Part shown: one piece after another, positions 49,730 through 62,001 of the stretch
Numbering within the stretch: the stretch's first letter is position 1
How the letters are laid out: the number at the start of each line of letters is the position of its first letter
Assembly: GCA_030390025.1 (NCBI GenBank)
Contig: CM059425.1
Coordinates: forward strand, 163,310,001-163,374,000
Direction: 5' to 3'
From: Squalus acanthias
Taxonomy: Eukaryota
DNA length: 64,000 nucleotides
Program-made: the position numbers and the translations under genes
Notes under the pieces: model-generated
Told to the model about the DNA's origin: nothing
The model's input: only the letters and a program-made list of their open reading frames with translations
The model's database searches: none

Positions 49730-49945
49730 ACAACAGAAAATGCTGGAAACACTCAGCAGGCCAGGCAGCATCCCTGGAGAGAGAAACAGAGTTAACGTTT
49801 CAGGTCTGGGACCCTTCGTCAGAACAGTTCTGACGAAGGGTCACAGACCTGAAACAATCTCTTCATGGATGCTGCCTGGCCTGCTGAGTGTTTCCAGCAT
49901 TTTCTGTTGTTGTTTCAGATTTCCAGCATCTGCAGTATTTTGCTA
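49730..49945. mobile_element. Penelope-type palindromic short repeat centred on 49826
   Basis: CAACAGAAAATGCTGGAAACACTCAGCAGGCCAGGCAGCATCC..ACCCTTCGTCAGAAC-A-GTTCTGACGAAGGGT..GGATGCTGCCTGGCCTGCTGAGTGTTTCCAGCATTTTCTGTTG. Confidence 0.7.
49791..49825 (-). ncRNA. Putative minimal type I hammerhead ribozyme motif
   Basis: Minus strand GUU-CUGACGA-A-GGGUC-CCA-GACCU-GAAAC-GU-U-AAC: intact CUGANGA and GAAA cores, 5-bp helix II, palindromic ACGU helix III, GUU cleavage triplet, short helix I. Confidence 0.6.
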
Positions 49946-50454
49946 TTATATAAGTTGAATTACCATGAAAACAAGCTGCACATAACCTTCCAACTATTGG
50001 TTCGACAGGATTTTCTGCTGCCTGTATAATGGTATTCTGATGGTACTGGGGATGGCAGCAACAGAAAATGGGTTGGGTTTTTTGTCAGACTTTCTCCCAC
50101 AAATAATGATGGACACTGAAAACACCTGCCCACTTATGTGCAAATAGATTATAATGGTGCAGAAATCATGGCATACCATCATAAGTCGCATTTTCAGTCC
50201 ACCTGCTTTATTTTGTATTGTTGTAATTGAGACCTGTATATTACAGTATAGTGTTACAAGGCGTGAATCAAAAGGTGGAAGTGCGTTTACAGGGACACTG
50301 CTGATCATTTTAAAATCCTTCTTTTGTAACCATTTGTAGCCATTTTGCTTTTTTGTTGTTGTTTCCATTATGACTACTGCTTCAATGTTTACCTTCGGGT
50401 CTGCTGCTGTAGGGCTTTCATTTTGTTTCCCTCAGCCATTCTACTGAGTCCACT

Positions 50455-50760
50455 ATGGGATTTCCTTCAGGAATATCTCTGTATTTGAATTTCTTTGAAG
50501 AAGAGGAGGGATAATGCATGGAGAACAGGCTGGTGAATCTACAGAATCTATTTGGTACCCACATGTTGTAACACCCACGCCAAGATTTATTGACGACTAC
50601 TACCTTCATCTGACCAGGAACTTTGCTTGAGAAGGCTGTGCCTCACAAGGGAAGCCCTCAATGTGTTGTGCTGCCTGTTGCAACCCAACCTCAATTATTA
50701 TGCAACTGGGTCTTTCCAGATTGGGGACATAACAAACATTACTCAGTTCGCTGTTAGTAC
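50455..50760 (+). mobile_element. Old Harbinger transposase N-terminal remnant
   Basis: ELCLRRLCLTREALNVLCCLLQP..LNYYATGSFQIGDITNITQFAV resembles 62.7-62.9 kb. Confidence 0.6.
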
Positions 50761-51894
50761 ATAGAATCATAGAATCATAGAAACTTACAGCACAGAAGGA
50801 GGCCATTTGGCCCGTCGTGTCTGTGCTGGCTCTTTGAAAGAACAGGCGTGCTTTGAAAAAAAATGTGATTTGCGTCTGCACGAATCATGTATATTTTTTG
50901 CACATGCGCAAATTGGGGTATTTTTTCCCCCCCGAGATTTAGGCGTTTCTAGAATCAGGAGGTAAGTCAAGGACCTCATCTGTGCAGTCATAAAGCAAAC
51001 CTGTACTTAATTTATACCTATGCAATTATTTTCACAAAAGCTATTTGATGGACACATTAACCTCTTTCAATGGAACAGACTAGTCCTGAAATTACTCCAT
51101 TAATGGTGCAGCTTTATCGGGGCTTGTTACTGTGTGGCTCACAGGGGCACTTAGCTCTCTCTCTGCTCTCCCATAAAGTCATAGCCTAAATTATTGATCC
51201 TTTGACATGATCAATATAACAGTCACGTCTGTGGACAAGGCCTTCATAGCAGAGTGTGGTCTCTTGGCTCTATCCTCCTCAAATAATCAGGAGAAATTCT
51301 TATTAAACTAAAAGTGAAATATTCAGAGTTGGAGGCAGAGTGAGCGGTCTACAAGGTGAGTAATGCCTTTGCAAGGGTGAAGTGGTCACTGCGATCAAAT
51401 CCCACAATCAGATGAGTGACAGCTTATGATTTGCAAAATTTAAAAAGCGCCAACATCAAAAACAAGAGAAAGCAGATGAAAGAGAGACACAGAGAGACAG
51501 AGACAGAGGTTAGTGATGGCTGAATGCGCTTCCTGTCCGGGAGCAAAGGTCGCAGTATGCGCTTCCTGTCCGGGAGCAAAGGCCAGTGAGGGGTCGGGTC
51601 AGGTAAAAAATAGCAACTCATGATTTGTATACCAAATCTCATAACTTGTAAGAGTTTGTATCCTGATTTATGAGGCGGTGGGGTTGGCAATACTGCAGCA
51701 TTCAGCCAATTTGATTGACACCACGTGACATTAGGGTGAGACTGAGTGCACTGGATAAAGCAAAGGATGTGGCACTGACAACATCCTAGCTGTAGTGCTG
51801 AAGCCTGAGCACCAGATCTAGCCACCCCTTCAGCAAAGCTGTTCCAGCTATGATGCTAGCAACTACCCAACAATGTGGAAGATCGTCCAGGTAT

Positions 51895-52420
51895 GTTTTT
51901 TATTCATGCTCAGGATGTGGGCATCACTGGCAAGGATGGCATTTATTGCACATCCCTAGCAATGTTCCCTCTTATTTTTTTTTGGGTGCACATCCCCTTA
52001 AAGGGTGTGCAAAACTTTACATTGAAAAAGCTGGTGCGGGACCGGCAGAGAGGTGCACAGCCGTTCACCTTATAGGGAACATTGATCCTTAGTTGCCCTT
52101 GAGAAGATGTTGGTTGGCCGTGTGGTGAAGGTGCTCTCGTAATGCTGTTAGGTAGGACATTCCAGGATTTTGACCCAGCAACAATGAATGAAAGGAGATG
52201 TATGTCCAAATCAGGATAGTATATGATTTGGAGGGGAACTTAGAGGTGATGCTGCTCTCATGCACCTGCTGCCCTTGATCTTCTAGGTGGTGAAGGTTGC
52301 AGGTTTAGGAGGTGCTTCTGAAGAGGCTTTAGCAAGTTGCTTCAGTACATCCTATAGAGAGTACACAATGTAACTGTGGTACGCCAGTGGTGGAGGGGTG
52401 GATGTTTAGGCTGGTGGATA
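51895..52420 (-). mobile_element. Decayed family-B LINE 3' end
   Basis: SFIVAGSKSWNVLPNS; reverse of family 3' end (GGCATTTATTGCACATCCCTAG). Confidence 0.7.
51960..52084. mobile_element. hAT-type MITE (125 bp)
   Basis: TIR CAATGTTCCCT / AGGGAACATTG, 8-bp TSD ATCCCTAG / ATCCTTAG. Confidence 0.8.
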
Positions 52421-52919
52421 AAGTATCTATCCACAATAAACAAGTTAAGAGTAGAATTAGATTCGATGTCAGGAAGTACTTTGTTTCACAGAGAGTTATC
52501 GACCTATGGAACAAGTTGCCAGGTCATGCAATGATTGCTGATTCACTGCAAACATTCAAAAGGGAGCTGGCCAAGCTCCTGAGTGTGACCAACATAACTA
52601 TAGAAGGTAGGTGGGTATTTAGCGATGTGTCTACCAGTTACTGTGGTCTTAAAGAACTTGTTTGATTGACTTCAGAGTTCAGATAGGAATTTCCCGGAGA
52701 TTTTTTTACCTAAATTGGTTTACGTTTTTTTTCTCTGTTTTTTCTTTGTCTCTTCTAGGAGTTTGTGTGGCTGGTTGGTGGGTGGGTGTGGGGTTGGATG
52801 GGCGTCACGGTGTAGATAATTTGCACCATGACCGTATTAGACAGGCTTGATGGACCAGCTGGTCTCTTGCTATCTGTTGTTTTCATATGTTCATATGATT
52901 CTAAATGAACCCAGGAATT

Positions 52920-53610
52920 ATTGCCCTATCAACGTTCTCCCGATCATCAATAAAATATGAAAGTCATCAATAGGGTCATCAAGTTACACCTACTCGCTCA
53001 TAACCTTCTCCTTGATGCTCAGTTCAGATTCTGCCAGAACCACTTGGCTCCAGATCTTGACCCAGACATGGAAAGAAGCATTATATACCAGAGCAGAGGT
53101 GAGAGTAGCTGCCCTGAACATCAAGGCAGCATTGGACCAAGTATGGCAGCAAGGAGCCCAAGTAAAACTGAGGTCAACAAGGGTCAAGGAAAAAAGTCCT
53201 CCAGTGCCTAGGATACACAGGAAGATGTTGTGGTTGTCGGCAATCACTGTAGCCCCAGGATATTGCTACCCTTAGGGCAGTGTGCTTGGCCCAGGCATCT
53301 TCAACTGCTTATATGACCATCCTTCCATCATAAGGTTAGGAATGGGGCTGTTCACTGATGATTGCACAGTGCTTAATTTCATTCACAACTCCTCTAATAA
53401 TGAAGCAGTCCATGCCAGCCTACAGTAGGACATGGACAATATCCAAACTTGGGCTGACAAGTAGCAGATAACATTTATGTACATAAGGCAATGACCATCT
53501 CAAACAAGAAAAAGACCTATCACATCAATGTCACCTCCAGTCAAATTCCCCTCCATCAAGACCTTGGGAGTTACCATTGACCAGAATCTTAATTGGATCA
53601 ACCACATTGT
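52920..53610 (+). mobile_element. Decayed family-B LINE RT fragment
   Basis: LLQILTQTW-like, EVRVAALNIKAALDQVWQQG, GGGCAGTGTGCTTGGCCC, FTDDCTV. Confidence 0.7.
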
Positions 53611-54079
53611 GACATCAAACCATTAGACTTACTCCAATACCATAAAAAATAATGGTATCAATTATCAAAAGTAAACTTGAGGATTATCGGCATAATAATC
53701 TAGTAAACAATAGTCAACATGGCTCCAGAAGGGGAAGATCCTGCCTGACCAATTTCTTCAACTACTTTGGGGAAGTGATAAACCAAGTGGACTGTAGAAA
53801 AATCTATGACATGGTGTACCCATACTGACAGAATTTCCACACAAAAGGTTAAGCTCAAAGATATGGGTGTGCAGGATAAATATTGGGAATGGATAAGAAA
53901 CTGACTGAAGGGTCGAAAACAATGGGTACTGGTTAGAGGAGTTATGTTGGGGTTAGGGAAGTAGTGAGTGGGGTGTCCCAGGGCTCAATTTTGGGACCAC
54001 TACTGTTTCTAATCTCACTTCCTACTCTGCACTAGATTCAATAGTATAAGGCACTCACTGTGCACAGCCGAGGGCTTTA

Positions 54080-54437
54080 CAGGTAGATGCTGGGAGGATA
54101 TTTCCCCTAGCTGGGGAGCCTAGAACTAGGGGGTCACATTCTCAGAATAAGGGATTGGCCATTTAGGACTGAGATGAGAAAAAATGTCTTCACTCAGAGG
54201 GTGGTGAATCTTTGGAATTCTCTACCCCAGAGGGCTGTGGATGCTCAGTCGTTGAGTATATACAAGACAGAGATCGATAGATTTTTGGATATTAAGGGAA
54301 TCAAGGGATATGGGGATAGTGCGGGAAGGTGGAGTTGAGGTCGAAGATCAGCCATGATCTTATTGAATGGCGGAGAAGGCTCAAAGGGCCGAATGGCCTA
54401 CTCCTGCTCCTATTTCTTACGTTCTTATGTTCTTATG
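54080..54437 (+). mobile_element. CR1 (HER1-like) 3' fragment
   Basis: TTCACTCAGAGGGTGGTGAATCTTTGGAATTC; (TTCTTATG)n tail. Confidence 0.85.
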
Positions 54438-54474
54438 GAAGCACCAGAGTAAAAAATGCTACAGACACGTACAC

Positions 54475-54643
54475 CGATGTTCCCTTTAAGCCGCGCGATG
54501 ACGCTGCCGCGCAGTGCTCCAGAGGTCCCACACAGCTGGTGAGCCGACTTTTAAATTGAAAAAAATGCACACGTGTGGACCTTTGAATGGGCCATGCAGC
54601 CCGTTAAAGGGGTCATGTGGCCCCCCAAAAAACGGGGACATTG
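54475..54643. mobile_element. hAT-type MITE (169 bp)
   Basis: CGATGTTCCC / GGGGACATTG termini, 8-bp TSD ACGTACAC / ACGTAGAC. Confidence 0.7.
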
Positions 54644-56273
54644 ACGTAGACAAAGCACTTTTATGTAATTAACTTGAATTTCCATGTTGTTTAGAAAGTT
54701 AATTTATAATGGGACAGATTTAGGTAGCAACAAATGAATGGCTGGGCATGCATGGTAACTGATAAGTAAAAATAGTGTGCCTGGTGTTTGGTGGACCAGT
54801 TCATTGGGCATATGTATTCGGGACTGCTTGTGCATTAGGTACGTTTTAAATTTTAGCTGAAGAGTTTCTCATGGCTGCACTGCTGGATCAGTAGCCAATT
54901 TTTCTGCATTTGTTCAGTCCTCCTCATCCTTTAGCTCACTGAGGGCAAGAAGAATTTCCAAAGGCATGGCCATCCTAATAGCTTAGGGTACTTAAAGTGA
55001 GTTTTAAACTCCCTGAAATCTAAAATAAGAATGAGAGAACCTCCAGCTATGGCATCGCAACCCAGCTAGAAAATACCAGTGTGGCCAATTCAGTACAGAA
55101 TAGGTCCAAGGCTTACTTGACGATTTTCAAATTATCCCCTGTGCCTATTGTGCACCCGCGAATGACATTGGAGAATTTACCTTATTTTCCAATGCGTTGT
55201 AATTCTCCTATTAAATTGACATTGCTGTAGAGACTACATGCAGTGATCAGGACTGTTTATTGAAAGGTGAGCTGCTGCATACTTTAGCTAAAACGTCATA
55301 CTATGGGGATTGCATTCAATGCTCCACTAGCACTGCAATTGACAGAGGAGGACCAGCATTAACAGGAAAGAGCTATCTGTGAAGTTAAGCACAACACAAA
55401 GTGTATTGTCAGGTCCCTCCACAAAACAACACAGTGAATCTACTGTACCAGTCACAGCTATCTGGGAATGACAGAAGATATGTGCCGAAGAGGCTGAGAT
55501 TTAACAAGTAAGCTGTAACAGAGATGTGCCAACTCCTTCATGAAGACCTGAAGACAACATCTAAAATCTGTGTGACAGATGCAAGGCTCTGCTCTGCATT
55601 ATCTCCTAACATTTCTGTATTATATCTTTGCATATGAGCATTTTAAGTGGACCAATATATTTTAAATGTAGCTGTACTGTGAAAGGTCTCCTTTTTGTTT
55701 GAGCTTGGAGCTAAAGTAAGACATGATATTGCCTGGAGAATAGTTGCTAGCTCCTGGGGAGGGGAGTTGGCAACTCAACACTTTTTATGTTACTGTCTAT
55801 AAAACAAAACCTAATCAGGTCAAGATTGGCTAGACTGAATGTTTATATGTTCTACATAAGGGGACCAGAAAGTCTTTGTGGTCCTGGTAAGGTGTTCATG
55901 GATGAAATAAACTTTTAAGAGTTGATGTCTGCTATGCTGTTGTCTTCTTTGTGTTAGATGCCATTTTAAAGCAGTACTATAGAAAACATTCATAGAATAG
56001 AGGTAATCTTCAACAGTGTTCTGTTGTAAGATGTAAAAAGCATTTGCTGTGACTAATTGCAAAGTACAGGTTAATTACTATATTTTTAATCTAAATGATT
56101 ATTACTCCCAAAAGAAGAAATGGCCATATCGTAATTCCCTCCCTCTCCCCGATACATATGCACACTTCACAACCCTGAATACACATTGTCATCTGTTATA
56201 AAGAATGGCTTTTTTTTTATTGTTAAAGTTAAAGAAGAAAAGAGCCAGCACTAAAATTCTCTGATTATCTTAC

Positions 56274-56380
56274 CGCTAATATAACTCGTGTTTTTATTCT
56301 TTTGGTCCAAATCAACAAGTTCCTTGTGTAGTGTTCTGCCAATTCTTTTTTCAAAATTAATAGCAATCTCTTTTGTTTTC
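56274..56380 (-). pseudogene. CPT2: CPT2-like exon 3 equivalent (107 bp), not in the ORF track
   Basis: ctctgatacag|G AAA ACA ... ATT AGC G|gtaaga = KTKEIAINFEKRIGRTLHKELVDLDQKNKNTSYIS(G); open frame; phase-1 end fits the GT at the start of the 49380 exon. Confidence 0.9.
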
Positions 56381-56549
56381 CTGTATCAGAGAGAACAAAA
56401 CATAGATATTTTGAAACACTTAGCTTAACCATATTGCATTTAAATTTAACTCATGGTGGGCAGGCATTCAACATTTTCACATATCTTTTGCCAAGACAGA
56501 ATTTGTGTACAGAAAATGTAATTTGAGAGATTGCAAGATAATTACAGAT

Positions 56550-56820
56550 GATTAAGGCCATTCAGTCCATCTTAATTCATTCATCCAGAAAGACCCTAAA
56601 GTCATCCCATTATAACATCTAATTGTTTCTTAAATGATTCCAGGGTTTCCATCTCCATTACTTTATCCAGGAGTCCATTCCACGTGTTGATCACTCTTTG
56701 TATGAAGAAGAACTTCCTGATATCGGTGCTAAATTTGTCTTTTACTAGCTTGAAACTGTGTCCCCTTGTTCTACTCATGCAGTTTAGTTTAAAGTAGTTT
56801 TCTGGATTTACCTTTTCCAT
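56550..56820 (-). mobile_element. CR1 3' fragment (older subfamily)
   Basis: SRTRGHSFKLVKDKFSTDIRKFFFIQRVINTWNGL. Confidence 0.8.
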
Positions 56821-57089
56821 ATTATTTGCACTAATAGTATGTGGTTTGAGGTATTAGAATACAAAATAATTGTTTCTATGATATAGTAAACTATCACAAT
56901 CATATAAAGTAATTAAAATGTCAAGATTTGGTCAGAATGAGAACTGTTAAATTTAAATACACTAGGTATTCATTTCTAGTATCAGTGTAACTGTTTAATT
57001 CTCACTGACGAATTGGCTTCCTATGGAACTCAATTAATTGTCTGCACTAAAGCTGTGCAAGAAGCTACCTGAACAACATAGTATATTCA

Positions 57090-57165
57090 AGTGTGTGTGC
57101 ACGTGTGTGTGCATGCTCATGTGTGCATCAGTGTGTGTGCACATGTGTGTGTGTGTGTGTGTGTC
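57090..57165. repeat. Imperfect (TG)n microsatellite
   Basis: Direct inspection. Confidence 0.9.
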
Positions 57166-57524
57166 TATCTGCATCCTGATAAAACTGGAATTATAGTTCC
57201 TGAACCATCTTGTAATCAGAGAACCATAACATTTATTCACCAATGAATGTAAGAACAATGGAAGTAAGCTGCATATGTTGTTGGAACTAGGATAATTTGT
57301 GTACTTACAAATTATTATTTCAAATCTTCATTGCATTCATCTGAGCTGCTAATCACTTGGCAATTAGAAGGTAATAATGCAGTAATAAATGTATTTGATT
57401 TCTGTCCAGTATTGAACCTAAGGGTTAATGCGAGGTTGGCTAGTTGAGCAGGTTAAATGGAGTTGGCTTTATTAATAAATGGGACAACTTTTGGTTGGTA
57501 TAGGAAAGATGATTATATAAGATA

Positions 57525-58422
57525 AAGGTCCTCTACCAACCTGCCCCCGCCACACAGTACTGCCCCCCGATTATCAAAATCCATGACGAGGCCTTGGACA
57601 ACGTGGACCACTTTCCATACCTCGGGAGCCTACTGTCAACAAGGGCAGACGTCGATGACGAAGTCCAACACCGCCTTCAGTGTGCCAGTGCAGCCTTTGG
57701 TCGCCTGAGGAAGAGAGTGTTTGAAGACCAGGACCTCAAACCCAGCACCAAGCTCATGGTCTACAGAGCAGTAGTGATACCCGCCCTTCTGTATGCTTCA
57801 GAGACATGGACCATGTACAGCAGGCACCTCAAATCACTGGAGAGGTACCACCAACGCTGCCTCCGCAAGATCCTGCAAATCCATTGGCAGGATAGGCGCA
57901 CCAACGTCAGTGTTCTCGCTCAGGCCAACATCCCCAGCATCGAAACTTTGACCACGCTCGATCAGCTGCGATGGACGGGCTACATCATCCGCATGCCCGA
58001 TACGAGACTCCCAAAGCAAGCGCTCTACTCGGAGCTCCGACACGACAAGAGAGCCCCAGGTGGGCAGAGGAAACACTTCAAGGACACCCTCAAAGCCTCC
58101 TTGAAAAAGTGCAACATCCCCACCGACACCTGGGAATCCCTGGCCCGAGACCGCACAAAGTGGAGGAGAAGCATCTGGGAAGCAGCCGAACACCTCGAGT
58201 CTCTTCGCCGGGAGCAAGCAGAAGCCAAGTGCAAACAGCGGAAGGAGCACATGTCAACCCAAGAGCCCCATCCACCCGCCCTTTCAACCACCGTCTGCCC
58301 CACCTGTGACAGAGACTGTAGGTCCCGCATTGGACTCATCAGTCACCTGAGAACTCATTTTTAGTGTTGAAGCAAGTCATCCTCGGTTCCGAGGGACTGC
58401 CTAAGAAGAAGAAGGAAGAAGA
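57525..58422 (+). mobile_element. RTE-clade LINE, 5'-truncated, open ORF remnant
   Basis: ORF 57594-58364: FPYLGSLLS..ASAAFGRLRKRVF..CPTCDRDCRSRIGLISHLRTHF; (GAA)n tail; very similar to 25641-26285. Confidence 0.9.
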
Positions 58423-59112
58423 TATTTAAATAGGGTAAAGAAGGAAAGAATGCATATTTATATAGCACCTTTCAGGTTCTTAGGACATCCCAAAAGCTTT
58501 ACAGCCAATGAATTACAAGAGATAAGGAGATTAACCAATAATCTAAAGGATAGAATTAAGGGGGTACAATTTGGTATGCTTTTCACCCGATTTTTCGGAC
58601 ATAAAACAGGCGCACTGACATGAATCTGTCATTCATGACTTATGAAATAATACTGAGTGGCCTGCGGGTGGCGCTGTCCGGGGAGAGTATAAATACTCGG
58701 GCACGGGCCCAGCTTGCGCAGGACATTCTTAACAGGAACTAGTAAAGGACACAACTAGACCTCCATGTTGTAAAACAGTTGATTAAAGCTTTGTTTAACG
58801 TTTAGACCAAGTGCCTAGTAGTTTTCTTACGTCACGCACGATATGCCAATTTCTGGGTGGGAGGTTGAGTGGCCAATATGTGGTGGCGGCATGGTTAAAA
58901 CATAGTGGTCAGTGGAAGAGCCAGGAGTGCTTCTCCTGGCTCAACAAAAATACTGTAACCCTCTGCCAGCCCACGCTCCCCCACCATTCGGATTTGGTGC
59001 CATCCCCTCCCAGGCCCAAACTACTGACTGCCTCAATGTAGTAGCTGGCAGATTGCCCGCCCTCTCGCAACCAGCGAGCTGCAGCGGTGCATCCAATCAG
59101 CGCCCGCAGCTT

Positions 59113-62001
59113 AGAAACATACAAACATAGAAGATAGGAGCAGGAGTAGGCCATTCGGCCCCTCGAGCCTGTTCCGCCATTGAATGAGATCATGGCTGAT
59201 CATCCAAATTCAGTACCCTGTCCCTGCTTTCTCCCCATATCCCTTGATCCCTTTAGCCTTAAGAAATATATCTAACTCCTTCTTGAATATATTTAATGAA
59301 TTGCCCTCAACTGCCTTCTGTGGTAGAGAATTCCACAGGTTCACCACTCTCTGGGTGAAGAAATTCCTCCTCATCTCAGTCCTAAATGGCTTACCCCTTA
59401 TCCTTAGACTGTGACCCCTGGTTCTGGACTCCCCTGCCATCGGGAACATCCTTCCTGCATCTAGTCTGTCTAGTCCTCTTAGAATTTTATAAGTTTCAAT
59501 GAGATCCCATCTCATTCTTCTAAACTCTAACGAATACAAGCCCAATCGACCCAATCTCTTTTCATACATCATTCCTGCCATCCAGGTACCAGTCTGGTGA
59601 ATCTTCGCTGCACTCCCTCCATGGCAAGAACATCCTTCCTCAGATAAGGCGACCAAAACTGCACACAATACTCAAGGTGTGGTCTCACTAAGGCCCTGTA
59701 CAACTGCAGCAAGACATCCTTGCTCCTGTACTCGAATCCTCTCGCTATGAATGCCAACATACCATTTGCCTTCTTAACCGCCTGCTGCACCTGCATGCTT
59801 ACCTTCAGTGACTGGTGCACAAGGACACCCAGGTCTCGTTGCACTTCCCCTTTTCCCAATCTATTGCCGTTCAGATAATAATCTGCCTTCCTGTTTTTGT
59901 CACCAAAGTGGACAACCTCGCATTTATCCACATTATACTGCATCTGCCATGCTTCTGCCCAATCACCCAACCTGTCCAAATCATCCTGGAGTTTCTCTGC
60001 ATCCTCCTCACAGCACACACGCCCACCCAGCTTTGTGTCGTCTGCAAACTTGGAGATATTACATCTAGTTCCCTCATCTAGATCATTAATATATATTGTG
60101 AATAACTGGGGTCCCAGCACCGATCCCTGCGGTACCCCACTAATCACTGCCTGCCACTCGGAAAAAGACCCGTTTATTCCAACTCTTTGCTTCCTGTCTG
60201 CCAACCAGTTCTCTATTCAAGTGAGTTCCTTACCCCCAATCCCATGTGCTTTAACTTTGCACGCTAATCTCTTATGCGGGACCTTATCGAAAGCCTTCTG
60301 AAAGTCCAAATACACCACATCCACTGGTTCTCCCTTATCTATTCTACCAGTTACATCCTCAAAAAATTCCAGTAGATTAGTCAAGCATGATTTACCTTTT
60401 GTAAATCCATGTTGACTTTGTCCGATCCTGTCACTGTTTTCCAAGTGCTCTGCTATTACATCTTATATAATGGACTCTAGCATTTTCCCCACTACCGATG
60501 TCAGGCTTACCGGTCTATAATTTCCTGTTTTCTCTCTACCACCTTTTTTAAATAGTGAGGTTACATTAGCTGCCCTCCAATCCATGGGAACTGTTCCAGA
60601 CTCTATAGAATTTTGGAAGATGACCAGCAATGCATCTACTATTTCCAGGGCCACTTCCTTAAGTACCCTAGGATGTAGATTATCAGGCCCTGGGGATTTA
60701 TCGGCCTCCAATCCCGTCAATTTCCCTAACACCATTTCCCTACAAATACTGATTTCATTCAGTTCCTCCCTCTCATTAGATCCTATGTTCCCCGGCATCT
60801 CTGGGAGGTTATTTGTGTCCTCCTTTGTGAAGACAGAACCAAAGTATATATTTAATTGGTCTGCCATTTCTTTGTTCCCCATTATAAATTCCCCTGATTC
60901 TGACTGCAAGGGACCTAGTTCACCAATCTTTTTCTCTTCACATATCTATAGAAGCTTTTACAGTCAGTTTTTATGTTCCCTGCAAGCTTACTCTCATACT
61001 CTATCTTCCCCCTCTTAATTAATCCCTTTGTCCTCCTTTGCTGAATCCTAAACTGCTCCCAATCCTCAGGTTTGCTGCTTTTTCTGGCCAATTGATATGT
61101 CCTCTCCTTGAATCTTAAGCTATCCCTAATTTCCCTTGTTAGCCATGGTTGAGTCACCTTTTTTGTTTTATTTTTATGCCAAACAGGGATGAACAAATTC
61201 TGTAGTTCATCCATGCGATCTTTAAATGTTTGCCATTGCCTATCCACCGTCAACCCTTTAAGTAACGTTCCCCAATCCATCCTAGCCAACTCACGCCTCA
61301 TACCATCGTAGTTTCCTTTATTTAAATTCAGGACCTTAGTCTCTGAGTCAACTACTTCACTCTCCATCTTAATGAAGAATTCTATTATATTATGATCGCT
61401 CCTCCCCAAGGGGCTTCGCACAACAAGATTGCTAATTAATCCTTTTGCATTACATAATACCCAGTCTAAGATGGCCTGATCTCGAGTTGGTTCCTCGACA
61501 TACTGGTCCAGGAAACCATCCCGTATACACTCTAGGAATTCCTCCTCCACAGTATTGTTACTAATTTGGTTAGCTGAATCTATATGTAGATTAAAGTCAC
61601 CCATGATAACTGCTGTGCCCTTATTGCACGCGTCTCTAATTTCCCATTTAATGCCATCCCCAACCTCAGCATTACTGTTTGGGGGTCTGTATACAATTCC
61701 CACTAATGTTTTCTGCCCCTTGGTATTTCTCAGCTCTACCCATACAGATTCCACATCATCAGAGCTAATATCCTTCCTTACTCTTGTGTTAATCTCCTCT
61801 TTAACCAGCAATGCTACCCCACCTCCTTTTCCTTTTTGCCTGTCCTTCCTGAATATTGAATACCCCTGGATGTTGAATTCCCAGCCTTGGTCACCCTGGA
61901 GCCATGTCTCCGTAATCCCAATTATATCATATCTGTTTACATCTATTTGCACAGCTAATTCATCCACCTTATTACGATTGCTCCTCGCATTAAGACACAA
62001 A
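59113..62001 (-). mobile_element. CR1 (HER1-like) LINE, nearly complete ORF2 with few lesions; 5' end cut by a Harbinger insertion
   Basis: CLNARS..GITETWL..VIMGDFNL..SDHNII (EN, ORF 60915-62000); RT pieces 60463-60909, 60217-60444, 59569-60204; tail at ~59113-59135. Confidence 0.95.

Larger units (their letters stand above)
33810..56380 (-). pseudogene. CPT2: CPT2-like (carnitine O-palmitoyltransferase 2) unprocessed pseudogene; exons 3-5 equivalent in window
   Basis: Three collinear minus-strand exons with AG/GT boundaries in compatible phases, translating to carnitine acyltransferase sequence recognisable as CPT2. At least 3 in-frame stops and 3 frameshifts. Exons 1-2 not found in window. 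Confidence 0.9.

Noticed and set aside
51525..51582. Two copies of ATGCGCTTCCTGTCCGGGAGCAAAGG at 33-bp spacing
   Set aside because: Simple local tandem duplication; not a CRISPR-like array, only two units.
55820..56062. 80-aa minus ORF as a possible additional CPT2 exon
   Set aside because: It lies between the exon 3 and exon 4 equivalents, which already join in frame, and has no convincing CPT2 similarity.
56381..59110. Search for CPT2 exons 1-2 (LPIPKLE-type sequence)
   Set aside because: No match seen by eye; they are probably beyond the window or lost.
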